A stretch of DNA of 62,978 bases, the filler included, from Sphacelaria rigidula (taxonomy: Eukaryota): the NCBI GenBank assembly GCA_964200075.2. It is 8 parts of 8 records of this genome, joined end to end, with 100 filler letters (N's around TTAATTAATTAA, not from the genome) between each part and the next. Parts side by side here need not be neighbours in the genome. Positions count along the whole stretch, not along the records: positions 23,659 to 31,443 come from CAXNAA020013466.1; positions 31,544 to 39,328 come from CAXNAA020013467.1; 6 more parts are not named here. The stretch is one strand, 5' to 3'. Numbering within the stretch: position 1 is the first letter of the stretch; the number at the start of each line of letters is the position of its first letter. Shown here one piece after another: positions 25,676-36,956 of the stretch. Position numbers and translations under genes: made by a program. The notes under the pieces are model-generated. The model did no database searches. It worked only from the letters and a program-made list of their open reading frames with translations, and had not been told where the DNA came from.

Positions 25676-28622
25676 AAGCGAAACACTCTGTTGGGAGACA
25701 TGACACCTGCATCAGAGGTTCGAACAGTGAAAACAACAAACACGAGCGGTTCAGCCGCTGAACACAAACAAAAACCGCTGACGCTCGTCAAGAAGTCGAA
25801 AAAGCGTGCAAAAATGCCTTTACAAAGTTCACATTTTTAGGCGGAATAGAGAGACCAAGTCGTTTTCGCTTTTATTGCAGGAGTTAGGATGCTGCACGAT
25901 AGGTGATGCTATATTTCCACTCCAACCGGGTACACAACCAGTCGACAGACCGCCCTACAGGGCCACCCCAAGGGCACACTAAGTGATCGACAAGTGTGTA
26001 CACGAAAGCAAATTCTCAGCTGGAGGGCCTTTAAACTTCGCCATGTCCGTGATGGATTATTTGACACGCTATGCACTTGTCATCCCGATTCCAAACAAGT
26101 CGGCCATTACGGTGGCTCAGATGCTAGTTGACAGAGTTTGAACAACATTCGGCATGCGGAAACGTTGCACTCTGATCAAGGCAAGGAGTTGAGAATTAAG
26201 TGATCTACCAGCTACAGACGCTGCTTCAATTGCAGAAAACCCGCACGACTCCGTTTAGACCTTGAGACAACTCGGTTTCAGAGCGGGTACACTCAAGTCA
26301 ACACGCTATGCTAGCAATGTACAGTTCAGTCAAACAAGACAACTGGGCAGCCATGATGCCGTAAGTGTAAAGGGCATTATCTGTACCAAAGTATCGCCAC
26401 TAGCATACAAAGTAAAGTTGAGAAACGACGCAAACCAAACGTCGGTACACTTGGCTCCCTCGGAAACGTACTACCGATGGGAGAAAGCGCCGACACCCGA
26501 TTTCGATCGACGTGCCGACCGTTTCTTAGGGAAAATATTGCCTCTTCCAGAGGTTGACCGTCTAGATGTAGAACAACCGAAAATCGAACGCTACATCTTC
26601 GACAAGGTGGTGGGCCATAAACGGGACCCAAGGCGGAAAAGCGACCACAGCTATAAATACCGCCTCATACTCAAAAGCTACGGTCCATCGGCTGACCTAG
26701 ACTACAGAGCGGACGAGTTACCCCAATGTCAACATCTCATGGACGCATACGGAATCAAGCAATACCTGAACAGCGCGCCTCCACTAGACCCGCCGTCTCA
26801 TAAAATTAGAGTCGGACAGTGAGTGTGACTTATCCTACCCGGACGGTGTGTGTGTGTGTGTAGGTTGTAGCTTCTTACTCGGTGAAAGGGTACGGAGTGT
26901 GCGGAGCCGTGACGTGGACTTGAAAAGGATGGGCTTTGCAAGCCGGTTTGGGATGAGATACAGAACTGACAGAGTGGGGGAAGCACCCACGGGGATACCT
27001 CCCGAGACGGGAGCATGACGATCCCAGACTGGGGATTGGAGGATGACAGTCCCAGGGTGACAGACCCGGGAAGACGGTTCGGGTTGACCGGCCCGGGGTT
27101 ATTAGTAAGCGGGTCGGATCATACAGAGGTCATAATGGCAGAAAACGGGTTAGTGAATCTGTTCATGCGGAAACCAAGTTTTCCATCAAGAACAATCCTC
27201 GGAAACGTGCAACCGCAAGGAAAATTCTTGCATGCAGACGCGTTAGGTATAAAGCCAGGACAAGAGAAAATTGACGCCATGGTCAATGCGATCACAAGGA
27301 CATCGGCGGTGAAGAGAAACTCGACCCAAAGCTCTAGCTCTCAACAGCAAATAGGGGCTTTGCTGGCGAGCATAGCCGTGGAAAGTTTGTAATCTTGGAG
27401 TATACTACTCCAGACATATAAATGCAGCCACCTTTTACTTTTCGTCTTTGATATTTGTCTCTCCCAGACGCACGTATTACCATACCACACGGCAAATCAC
27501 CACGTGTGCAGAGTCCAGACCAAACGCGGGACGACGGCCCATCCCCATGCGCAAGCACAATGTTTCCCATCGAGTCGCCTATAAATCAGCATGTATGTGG
27601 GCATCAAAATCAGTACTGAGGCCGGATGTTATGGCGAACAGATTTTTGACCCACGGATTGTTCACTTTTGGTACATTTGAGCCACGTGTTGACCCCCGAA
27701 TAGGGAAAATCGCCAAGCACAGATTTTTGCGCACGAATTTTTATTCAGCGGTCAACTCGAAATCTCGGAGCCAAGCGAATCTGAAAAGTAGACTGGGCTC
27801 CTCTCTGTGGGGTGATGCAAAGTGTCCAAGACGTGTGTTGGCGATTTTCCCTGTTTGGGGGTCAAAAAGTGGCTCAAATGTACCAAAAGTGAACAATCCG
27901 TGGGCCAAAAATCTGTTCGCCATAACATCCGGCCTGATCACACAGATTTACAGATGCCGGAATCATTTGACCAAGTCACAAACCCCCGACACAAGTATGC
28001 TGATTACATGAGCCTGAGTACCAACAACGATACAATTTACGGTCTCGTGTTTATTCAACACGACAGTATAGACGATATGACACGTTCAAACACATGCCAG
28101 TATAGTGGTATGATCGTACACATACAATGCGGAATCCACGTTGATATCAGTCTTTCCATAAATGATTGCCTCAGCCTCTCGAATAGAGATACTTGAGGCG
28201 CGTCAGAAGGGGGCGTGATGTGGAGACCATATATGCATGAGCGTATTGACGACCAGAATACACATGTACACCGGAGAAGCAGTCATAGCGACGGAGTCCG
28301 CCAGTGACATACATGAGCAGACTCGAAACGTTAAAACCTGTGAAACTGGATCTGCGTCAACCTAGGCAACGGGTCTCCGGTAGAAAGAGCTCGGAATAAT
28401 AGAGCCACCGCATGAACCCTGGTTGATCGTTCGCCGTATACCGCCGTACCGGCTCGGTTAATTGTTCTTCTTGCCTTTCATCGGCCACGGCCAAATCCTC
28501 CCCAAACGACAAGAGAGAAATTTCCGCCTCGCTTTGGAGATCCTTCGGCAGCAGGGTATGAAAACGTTCTTCTTCGGAACCAGTAGCTCCACTGCCTCAC
28601 CCCAAGCGAAGCCTAGTTCACA
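25676..28622 (+). mobile_element. Degenerate Gypsy (chromovirus-like) derivative: integrase core, chromodomain and long 3' region
   Basis: MDYLTRYALVIPIPNKSA..LHSDQGKE..RTTPFRP..SERVH (DDE core, disrupted). YIFDKVVGHKR..YKYRLILKSYGPSADL..ELPQCQHLMDAY is chromodomain-like. A homologous copy lies at 36957-39228. Confidence 0.8.
27620..27934. mobile_element. PIF/Harbinger (Tourist-like) MITE, 315 bp, 3-bp TGA TSD
   Basis: About 100-bp TIRs ggccggatgttatggcgaacagatttttg.. TGA flanks both sides (27617-19 and 27935-37). The homologous empty site agtactgatcgc lies at about 38529-38540. Confidence 0.85.
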
Positions 28623-29365
28623 ATATACATCTTATGCTACTCCAAAAAGGTGCCTGTTGACCTTGACGATGTGTCTTTTGTTTGTTCAACGTCACAGTAA
28701 CCACTGAGCTATCAGTCAGCGCTGACTGTAAGCTCAGTGGCTCTTTGTGCTGTCAACATCTCGGTCGAAAAAACATTTTCATGATGATCGTCCAGGTAGA
28801 AAAATCCCAATCTGTCGCGATGAATAATATCGAAGACCTGGAGAGATAAGTAGATAGGGACCTCTGTTGCTGTCAGTCACTACCTTTTACGTTTCGATGT
28901 TTGAAACCAGCATACATTCCATTCGAGTAGTCGCAAATGTGTTCTATCCTTACATCTGGAAATCATACGAGTTGCAGCTAATACGCAGCGCCTGTGGAGT
29001 GTGGACACTGACCTGTGTAGCAGTTGCAACCAACAGTCTTGATTTATATGAAGACAAAGTTCTTCTGCACCCTAGTCTCACCGCTGCGCAGTAGGCATTT
29101 TGTTCCATCGACGGCCCGATGATTCATAGTCACAACAGGGACACATGGCAACGGCAGGGCTCCTTACATCACCATGCTTGCTTCACGCGAAATGAGCGGG
29201 CCCTCAATTTCATGCAGCGCAGCGCTAGATGCCTGTCTACCAAAATACTCGGCCTCATGCCGCACTCGACACCAAGATGATGGAAGAGCCTTCGTGGCAC
29301 CAATATTTGCTTTCAGTAAATCTAAAGAGAGATGGGACAGAGTGACAACATAAGAGTTGACGGCT

Positions 29366-29523
29366 CCGTCTCGAAAGGGATGCGTGGTCAATGGTCAAAT
29401 GACTAAGGCAAGCAACAAATGAGTACGCCTCCCCAACTTATGGACCGTCTCGAAAGGGATGCGTGGTCAATGGTCAAACGACTAAGGCAAGCAACAAATG
29501 AGTACGCCCCCCCAACGTATGGA
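29366..29523 (+). repeat. 79-bp tandem duplication of a LINE 3' end plus flank
   Basis: Two near-identical units, 29366-29444 and 29445-29523. Confidence 0.85.
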
Positions 29524-30018
29524 GACTTCAGCACTACTTTACCTGCCATGTATCCCGTGCGCAAATATTTTCGACAGGGGTTTCTATGTCAGTGTTGTGC
29601 TGCCTGTCATGCGTGAGAGGACCGCGTGCTTTTTGGACCGCATCGAAGTTGAAACACCGCTATGGTTAGGGGTAGGGGTAGGGGTAGGGTTTGTGTTAGG
29701 GTGAGGGCGCGGGCCCTGCAGGGACTGGCCCGAGCGGTCTTGAAAAGCGTCGATCCTGCGGTGTTCGAATCCCGATGCGGTTCAAAATGCACGCGGTCCT
29801 CCCACACACTACACTGCTAGCAATCCCGAAGTCAGCTCATTGGGCAGCATTGTTTGGCAGAATGGAGCATCAACAATAAGTATTGTTCGTTACCGTGACG
29901 CACCTCACCTCCGGCGCTTGGTTTCCCGGCGGTCGTTTATCACCAAACTAGTACAGATACAATAACCCGTCACTTGCCCACATTCACACGCTGTGTGCGC
30001 TCGTTCTTCTCGCCACAG

Positions 30019-30108
30019 GTGCTATCGGATCGACTGACAGCGAAATCATCGTAGATGGACATACGACTTTCGCGAACAACACTGCCTACCTTTTCGAAGG
30101 AAGTGGAG
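30019..30108 (+). CDS. Single exon of a polymorphic-outer-membrane-protein/adhesin-like (beta-helix repeat) gene
   Basis: Polypyrimidine tract plus cacag acceptor, gtgaga donor. 90 nt, phase 1-1. Reads GAIGSTDSEIIVDGHTTFANNTAYLFEGSG, with GGA(I) and FxxN motifs. Confidence 0.7.
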
Positions 30109-30864
30109 GTGAGACGCAACGCGCACGTAGGTTCAGCTCACCACTTCGCACTTCCGTGATGGATGGCAAAGCAAGACACTGCCTCACCCTTACGTTGCAG
30201 GTTATTGTTGATCACGCGAATTTACTGGAGATCTAACAAGATGAGGCACACGAAAGCAAAAAAACTAGGACCTGACGGCAACAGGCCTGTCTTGCTGCGC
30301 TGAACACGCTTTCGGTTTCGGAAACACCAAAATCAGTAGTGTATCACTATAAACACCTTGACCGGTCAATGTTTGTGGCAGTGTTTGGATGATAATAGGA
30401 GCGCCGCGATATTTTTTTGCCCGATGATGTTTCAATGCGAAAGCTGTGCTGTACGACGGCGAACTTTCCATTCCTTTCTGCTGCTTCTCCGTGTCGCTAA
30501 AAATCTTCAAGTGGAGCAACAGTGCTCATCGGCTATGGGAGGCGTTTTTTCCAATAGTTTCGTGCTCGGCGATTTAAAACGCTTCACACCCTGGACAATA
30601 CAATATGTAATACAAGGTTCCTCTTCGGGGGGTTGGTACGGGCCTCCCGGGGGTGACGCAAGTTGAAAGTATAAAATATATTTCGTATGCCTTTTCAGTG
30701 TGCTGCAAAAAAAAGCGTGGGGAAAAATGCCTTGCTGGCACAGAAAACTCGGCAAAAGTGGTGAACCACAGGGGCCAGTTTGCTACCGCGTCGGCCGTCC
30801 ACCCTCTCAACATGATTATGCATCTGCGCATGCATATATGCATTCGCCTGTAGTGCGACACTGG

Positions 30865-31212
30865 TAGACCTAAAGAAATGTACATGAACAACGATTGGTA
30901 CTCGAATTGGCTTGGTTTCAGAATAAAAATAGTTCTAAGAAAAAGCATGATTTGGGGCAGGTGAGCAGTGGTGAGCAGTAGAACCAGGTCGTCCAGAACG
31001 TGTTTTGGTCCAAAATCGGCTCAAATGCGTCGATTCAAGCTCTCGAAAGGTGTCGATTTGAGTTCTCGCAACGCACGCTTTAGCTACAAAACTGCACCCC
31101 TCTTGCCCGAGAGTTCTCGGTATGCCTTGGTCGATGTTAGGGCTAGGGTTAGCGTTAGGGTTGGTGGCATCTCCATAGCACCAACCATTGTTCACGTACA
31201 TTTCTTCAAGCC
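30865..31212. mobile_element. MITE, inverted copy of 6452-6772
   Basis: TIRs agacctaaagaaatgtacatgaaca and tgttcacgtacatttcttcaag, with the same internal sequence. Confidence 0.72.
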
Positions 31213-31545
31213 CTCTCGGTGAAGTACTTGTGCAGGGATGCATCCTTGTCACAGAAATCTCTGTCATCCCTGTCACAAGGACATTCCTGCGCCAGTACTT
31301 CACACAGGTGCATCCTTTGAGGGAACTCTCTGTTACGGGTTGCATGGCCACAGGGATTTCGTCACCCCCCTGCGCTTGTCGCGCTTAGCCTGGTCCGGCG
31401 AGAACCCGGCGTGCTCCGTCCCGGCTTTGTAGGGGCGGACCCCNNNNNNNNNNNNNNNNNNNNNNNNNNNNNNNNNNNNNNNNNNNNTTAATTAATTAAN
31501 NNNNNNNNNNNNNNNNNNNNNNNNNNNNNNNNNNNNNNNNNNNGG

Positions 31546-31852
31546 AAAGCACGGCTTTTGAGTTGAACCTCATTTTCTTTTTCAACCCCATTTTCGAGAA
31601 TCGGCTGTTTGTTGTTCAATCTTCACGTGTAATCTATCCGATCTCCAACATAAAAAACCAGATCTAGCGTCGCACATACCCCTTTGGGAGAACGGAAGGC
31701 TAGAAATCCCCCAAAATAGTTTTAGGGAGGTCGGGAGGGATAAGGTCGTCCATATATGAAAGTCATTTGTCATGAATTTAGGTCAGATAAAACACGGCTT
31801 TTGAGTTGAACCTCATCTCTTTTCTCAACCCAATTTTCGAGAATCCACTGTT
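31546..31852. repeat. About 63-bp direct repeat with roughly 242-bp spacing
   Basis: cacggcttttgagttgaacctcat..ttttcgagaatc at about 31550 and 31793. Confidence 0.7.
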
Positions 31853-32060
31853 ACTCGCAGACTGCGTTGACAACATCGGATTTCGTAGTCCCAGATAGTA
31901 AAACCGAATTATTACAGTATGTTACTTGTATTAGTTAAACTGTTTTGTCGCTCGCCCGAGGTACTGAACAACAGCAATGTACATCATTCTCCGACTACTG
32001 AACATGTCCTCCCGTACTTGTTGTACCACGTCACCTACTACAGCAGGTTAACTCTGCGCA

Positions 32061-34979
32061 ATGTGCGACATAAACTGTGGCGGTTATCATCTGCCTGGGA
32101 TACCACATCCCGTCACGGGCACCTCTGTCGGACTGGCGTTACTGGCGGCGTACCTGATCATCATACAGCTCCTTCGCTTCCGTAGGTGTGTCCGCAAAAA
32201 TCGAAATCAATATTGTCGAGACAGGCAATACTACAGGCTTGGTTTTAGTATCAAAACTTTCTTGTGAGGTGCAATAATTAATGTTCAGGCGAGAAAAACT
32301 GTATGGTGAGGTTTTGGGTTCGTCGATCACACTTTGTTCATACGTTCCTTAGACTACCCCGTGACGCGTCGTCGTATTTTTTGCTTTTGAGGAAATTTGT
32401 ACCGGCTTCCGACGGTCTTTACGCTAGGACCCCCGGAAGCCGGTAGAGAACAGAGAAACTTCGAAATATTGTCAAGAATACAATTTTTCTATTTGGAGCA
32501 TCAACACAGAGTTTCGGAAAGCGTTTTCTTTGTCGTTTTAGAGTGCAAATATCTCAGGATCAACGTTCAGAATAAAAAAAAAAACTCATCGAAAAAAAGT
32601 CAAGGGGATACCACATTTGACGGAGGGGGAGATTGTTCTTCTTCACACTCTGATTCTGAGATATTCGCACTCTGGCACATGACAAAAAAGTGTTTTTCCG
32701 AAACTCTTTAATACCTATGGAACTACCAAGTTTGAGGGAGATCTGAGCTTTTTCACGACACATGTAAATTGGGGGAACCGCCACGAGGCTCTCTGAGTCT
32801 TTCATACGTATCGTCAGTCTGGAATAGTAAGACGACGCCGAATCCTCATATCACCGAAACACCACGGTTTCGGGTATAACTCGACCCCGTACGAACCGTT
32901 TTAATTTTTTTTGTTTTTTCCCGTTAGATTCCGGAGCTTACGGTGGTTAATACGATTAGAAGTGTGCGGAGATTGGGTGAAAATTGGGCTTGGAATTCGT
33001 GTTTTCGATGGCAGATCATTTTGAAAGGCGGTGATCGGTCGAGGTACCGTTTCGCGCTTAGCGTCACCAAAATGGCCTTAAACACAAACCTGGCTATGTC
33101 ACGCTCTCCATATTATGTCGTCCTTGGCGGTCAGTATGATGTCATGTACGCGACTAGGCATGTGCTGATGACACAATTTTTGGTGATGAGCGTGAACCAG
33201 CCTATAATGCTTTTTGCATGGGATCGAATTGCGTCGCAATGGGTTGTTTCGGAATTACACTCATTGAGAGAGAAATGAAGTGCGAGGGTGAAGATTTTGA
33301 CGCCGGGATACATCTTGGGAGACCATTCGTGCGTTGAGCGTATTGCTGGCTTGACGCTTAAGGGATGGCGACACACCATATGATATATATATATATATGT
33401 GGAAGTCGTGAGACTCCCGGTGACGGTAGAAACCGTCGAAGGTGGCCGATGATTTCCCTCGGGTTATGTAGTCAAGGATTGACCGTAAATCGTGGGGTTG
33501 AGGCAAAGTGGATCACTCGGGAAAGCTCGACGGGCGCGAGCGAGTTAGCCCGATGACGAAGTCTGAGAGTCTTGGTCAAGAGTGATCCCCAGGGATAGCC
33601 AGCAGTTCGCTGGGAAGATCCCTGTTACCTTGGGGTCCCAGATCCGGCTGTACAGATATGGAAGTTTCGGGGCTCCTGCGAACTTACCCCTGTAACAGCC
33701 GTTCACTAGGTTACACGTCGTAAAAGGAAATCTCTCCGCACATGCCCAAATGGCGATCTCCACATATAAATGAAAATACGCGTACAATGTGCTCGTGAGG
33801 GTGTGTCGATATTTTTGTCGGAGCCGTTCTTAGCCCGGCATTTGATTTCAGTCTCTTCACTATGATATCTATAGAATTTCATCAGTTTTGATCACTGGCT
33901 ATAACAAAGACACTCTGTGCCTTTTGAACACACGCCAAAGTAATCTTTACTGCTACCAGTCAAGCGTTGACACTCTGTAGTTCGCTCATGTGGTTTTCCA
34001 AGAGTATAGAAGGTAACACCTACTTCGGTCACCATGTGAAAACCGCAGACGTAATAGGCGTACCACCAGGTAACCTGCAAGTTGTGCGCAAGCGATTTTC
34101 GCAGAAGCTTATCGCACTCTATCTGATATCTCTAGGCCATCGCTTCCTACTTCGAAGTGTCCAGTTATTTTCCCTTCGCCTCTTCCGCCGTGTGCGTAAC
34201 CCCCGCCCCATCTTTCGGGACAAGTTCGTAGGCTCAAGAGATAATTGTGTGCTCGCCTTGCATCCCTTTATGGAGCATCTGGATAGATGGTTCTCTATAC
34301 CTCAACAGTGACAAAGATAAGGACGGTCCGGTTATGGGGCGAAGCTGAACCAGCAGAGCTCTCCCCAATAACTCAACTCCCGAAATCTATGATTAAAAAA
34401 TACTTGGCTTTTAGTGTGAACCATCATGACAGGATCTCCACGGGACTTGCAGTCCCCAAGGGACACGACCAGCGCACTCCGCACTCATTTTGCCTCAAAT
34501 CGGCGCCTGTCGCGTCGATCTGAGCTCTGCCGAAATAAACTTTATTGAGGACGCCGTATGCATCCCCCTTGCCCGAGGCTTCTCGGTATGTCTACGTTGG
34601 GTGAGGATTTGGGTCACAGATGTAGTCTTAGGGTTTGGCAGAAACAACGAAGTGTGCTCAACCATGCATTTAGGGAGCCGGGTTGGGGAAAATCCGCGTC
34701 GCTGAAACCCTCCCCGTTCTCCATTCGCCCGCCCACCACTTCCCTTCTCCGCTCATAACAACCCCCCCTCCCCTCCCCCCCCTCCCCCAGAGTACGCGGT
34801 ATGACACTAGCGGACGTGGAAAAAGATCCGTCTGCGGTGTACCGAAAAACGGCAATGCTGGAGTTCCCGTTCGCCGTGACCAAAGCGATCGATTTTTCGC
34901 TGTTCCGTACCTACGGCGTCCCGTCCATTGCCTACATTTTCCACAAGAACAAGCAGTTCAAGCTTCATGTCGGCAAGAG
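32061..34979 (+). CDS. MpaB'/DUF2236 (ER-bound oxygenase / rubber-oxygenase-like) protein, exons 1-2, 3' part not found
   Basis: Exon 32061-32185 (M..GLALLAAYLIIIQLLRFR-AG) joins exon 34791-34979 (A-VRGMTLAD..MLEFPFAVTKAIDFSLFRTYGVPSIAYIFHKNKQF..GKR) with matching phases. An N-terminal TM followed by LRFRR and EFPF..LFRTYGxPSI are family hallmarks as I recall them. Confidence 0.8.
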
Positions 34980-35153
34980 GTGAGCATGCTGCATTTAGTT
35001 TGTTCTGTTTCCCCCCGGATTGCCAGGTCTCAGTGTAGCATCTATGACGTGTGTTCGTCAAGACATTTGATGATTTGCCACGCCTGCATATCTCTTGTAT
35101 GGCTCATTGGCGACCTCCTCGCCTCGGATCCGATGATACTGATGTCAGCTGAC

Positions 35154-35500
35154 AGTGTTGTGTGTGTATTGTCATCCCATCTATTCTGGGCGCGGGTCTA
35201 CACCTTTCGGTATATGTGGGCGCACCAGCCGGGGTCACACAGGAGGAAGGTCAACACAGGAGCTTTCTTCTTTTTTTGTTTGTTTTCAGTTCTCCAACTT
35301 TCTTCTCCGGCGCTTGTCTTTGTTTTTTAACGCGAGAGGGCGGCCCCTTTCCCTCGTCGACCGTTAAGTTCAATTTTTGTGTACCCACGACATAGTCGCT
35401 CTCCACTGTTGAGCGTGCTGTGAGAAAAAATCCCAGATCGCCCGAGATGTGGACCCACGACCCAACCGTTAGAAGGTTTCGAGGTTACCAACTGAGCCAC
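35154..35500 (-). mobile_element. tRNA-derived SINE
   Basis: Minus-strand A box TGGCTCAGTTGG; body shared with 44834-45207 and 39429-39495. Confidence 0.75.
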
Positions 35501-35959
35501 AGTCGAAATCGCATAAAAAATATGATTGTCAAAAAGTAACACAACATCGCACTATTATGCTGACAGTCAATACAAAAAAGCTACAAGAGATAAATAGAGG
35601 TTCGAAAGATCGTAATAATATGTCTCCGCAAGATTCGTTACTCCGTTTAATCTGTTTGTTTTCTCTATATGTTTTTTTTCTCCTCTCTCCCCGAATTTCC
35701 ATGAGCGAGTGTTATTTGTGTTTTCGTTCTTATTCACGTGGGGTACATACGCCGATTGGTGACCACGACTGGATTTATAGCAAATCAGCAATTCATCAAT
35801 CAACAGTGGATCCTGAAAAATAAGGTCGATCTCAAAACTGAGGTTCAAGTGGCATATATTTTTTTCATGGATGGCGCGAAACAGTATTAATAACACAGAA
35901 ATAAACCATTCCCCCCCCCCCCAACACTCTGCAGCATTGAATAATCAGCTGTGGCTAAA

Positions 35960-36560
35960 TGTACCGAACGAATGCGGTGTACACGTGTGTCGATGACGAT
36001 ATCACCAGAGAGAGAAGCAACGTCAGAGAGGAAGCTCCTTGCCCGTGTCCTTTGTGCGCCCTCGCTGGGCGATTACCAATCGCTCGAGAGACTGGCATAA
36101 TCGATGTTACCAGCATGTACCCAATTTTCAATGTGCCAGAACATCGAGCTGCGGAGAAATTCTGTCTCTTCTTGCCTGTCGACCTCACCAGTGCGAAGAT
36201 CGATTTCTCCCTGCCTCTCTTTTCGGACAGGACGCGCCTCTGTGCGCTGAAGAACAGGGTAATGTTCCAGTCATCTCTACTATTGTTCTCTGTCACACAC
36301 GTGCCAGCAAGGACGGTGCGCTGCGGCAAAAATAAGAGATTATCCAATTTGAACTTGGGGGGTGCTATTCACCGTTGATTATACCCGACATGACATATCT
36401 GACCATCCAGGCACCCGACCACAAGAGCCTGCCACAGGCCAGTTGTGGTGTGTGTATGAGAAAGATCAAACACCTGTGGAGATCTTCTAGACATGCGGGG
36501 TGAAAACATATACGTATGGGGGTGACCTAACTGTTGCTAGCGTGGTGCAGAGGGGTACGT
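35960..36560 (-). mobile_element. LINE-like 3' fragment (homologous to about 62045-62620)
   Basis: About 600 bp collinear between contigs 5 and 8. The strand is inferred. Confidence 0.6.
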
Positions 36561-36956
36561 CAGCTGCAATCTGGAGCTTCCGTTGCTCTACTCCACTGAA
36601 TCCCGTCTGCACAGCGTCTGCCGAGAGGTCACACACGGTAACAACATGTTATTATGCACCCAAATTCGGAACAGCTATGCAAACAAAACAGTTCAATTTT
36701 CAAAACTACGTCCAGACAAAATGTGTTGTTCCTCCGCAAGCTGAAATAGCCTCCATGTCAAACTAGATGAAATTTCTGAAGTGACAGCCACTGCGTTAAT
36801 TAAGCTGCACATAGTCACGGAACAAGACGTTCAATCGTTGGACATACCACCACTTTTCAAAAGTCTGATCGTGAGACGCAATTTGTACATGGTCAACGGT
36901 GAAAAAGACGGCTATGGTTCAGGTAAACAATGCATCCAGCAGGCACGTCGGCATGG

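Noticed and set aside
29664..29708. Telomere-like TAGGGG/TTAGGG run
   Set aside because: It is short, irregular and internal, and similar G-rich tracts occur inside the MITE at about 31136-31160.
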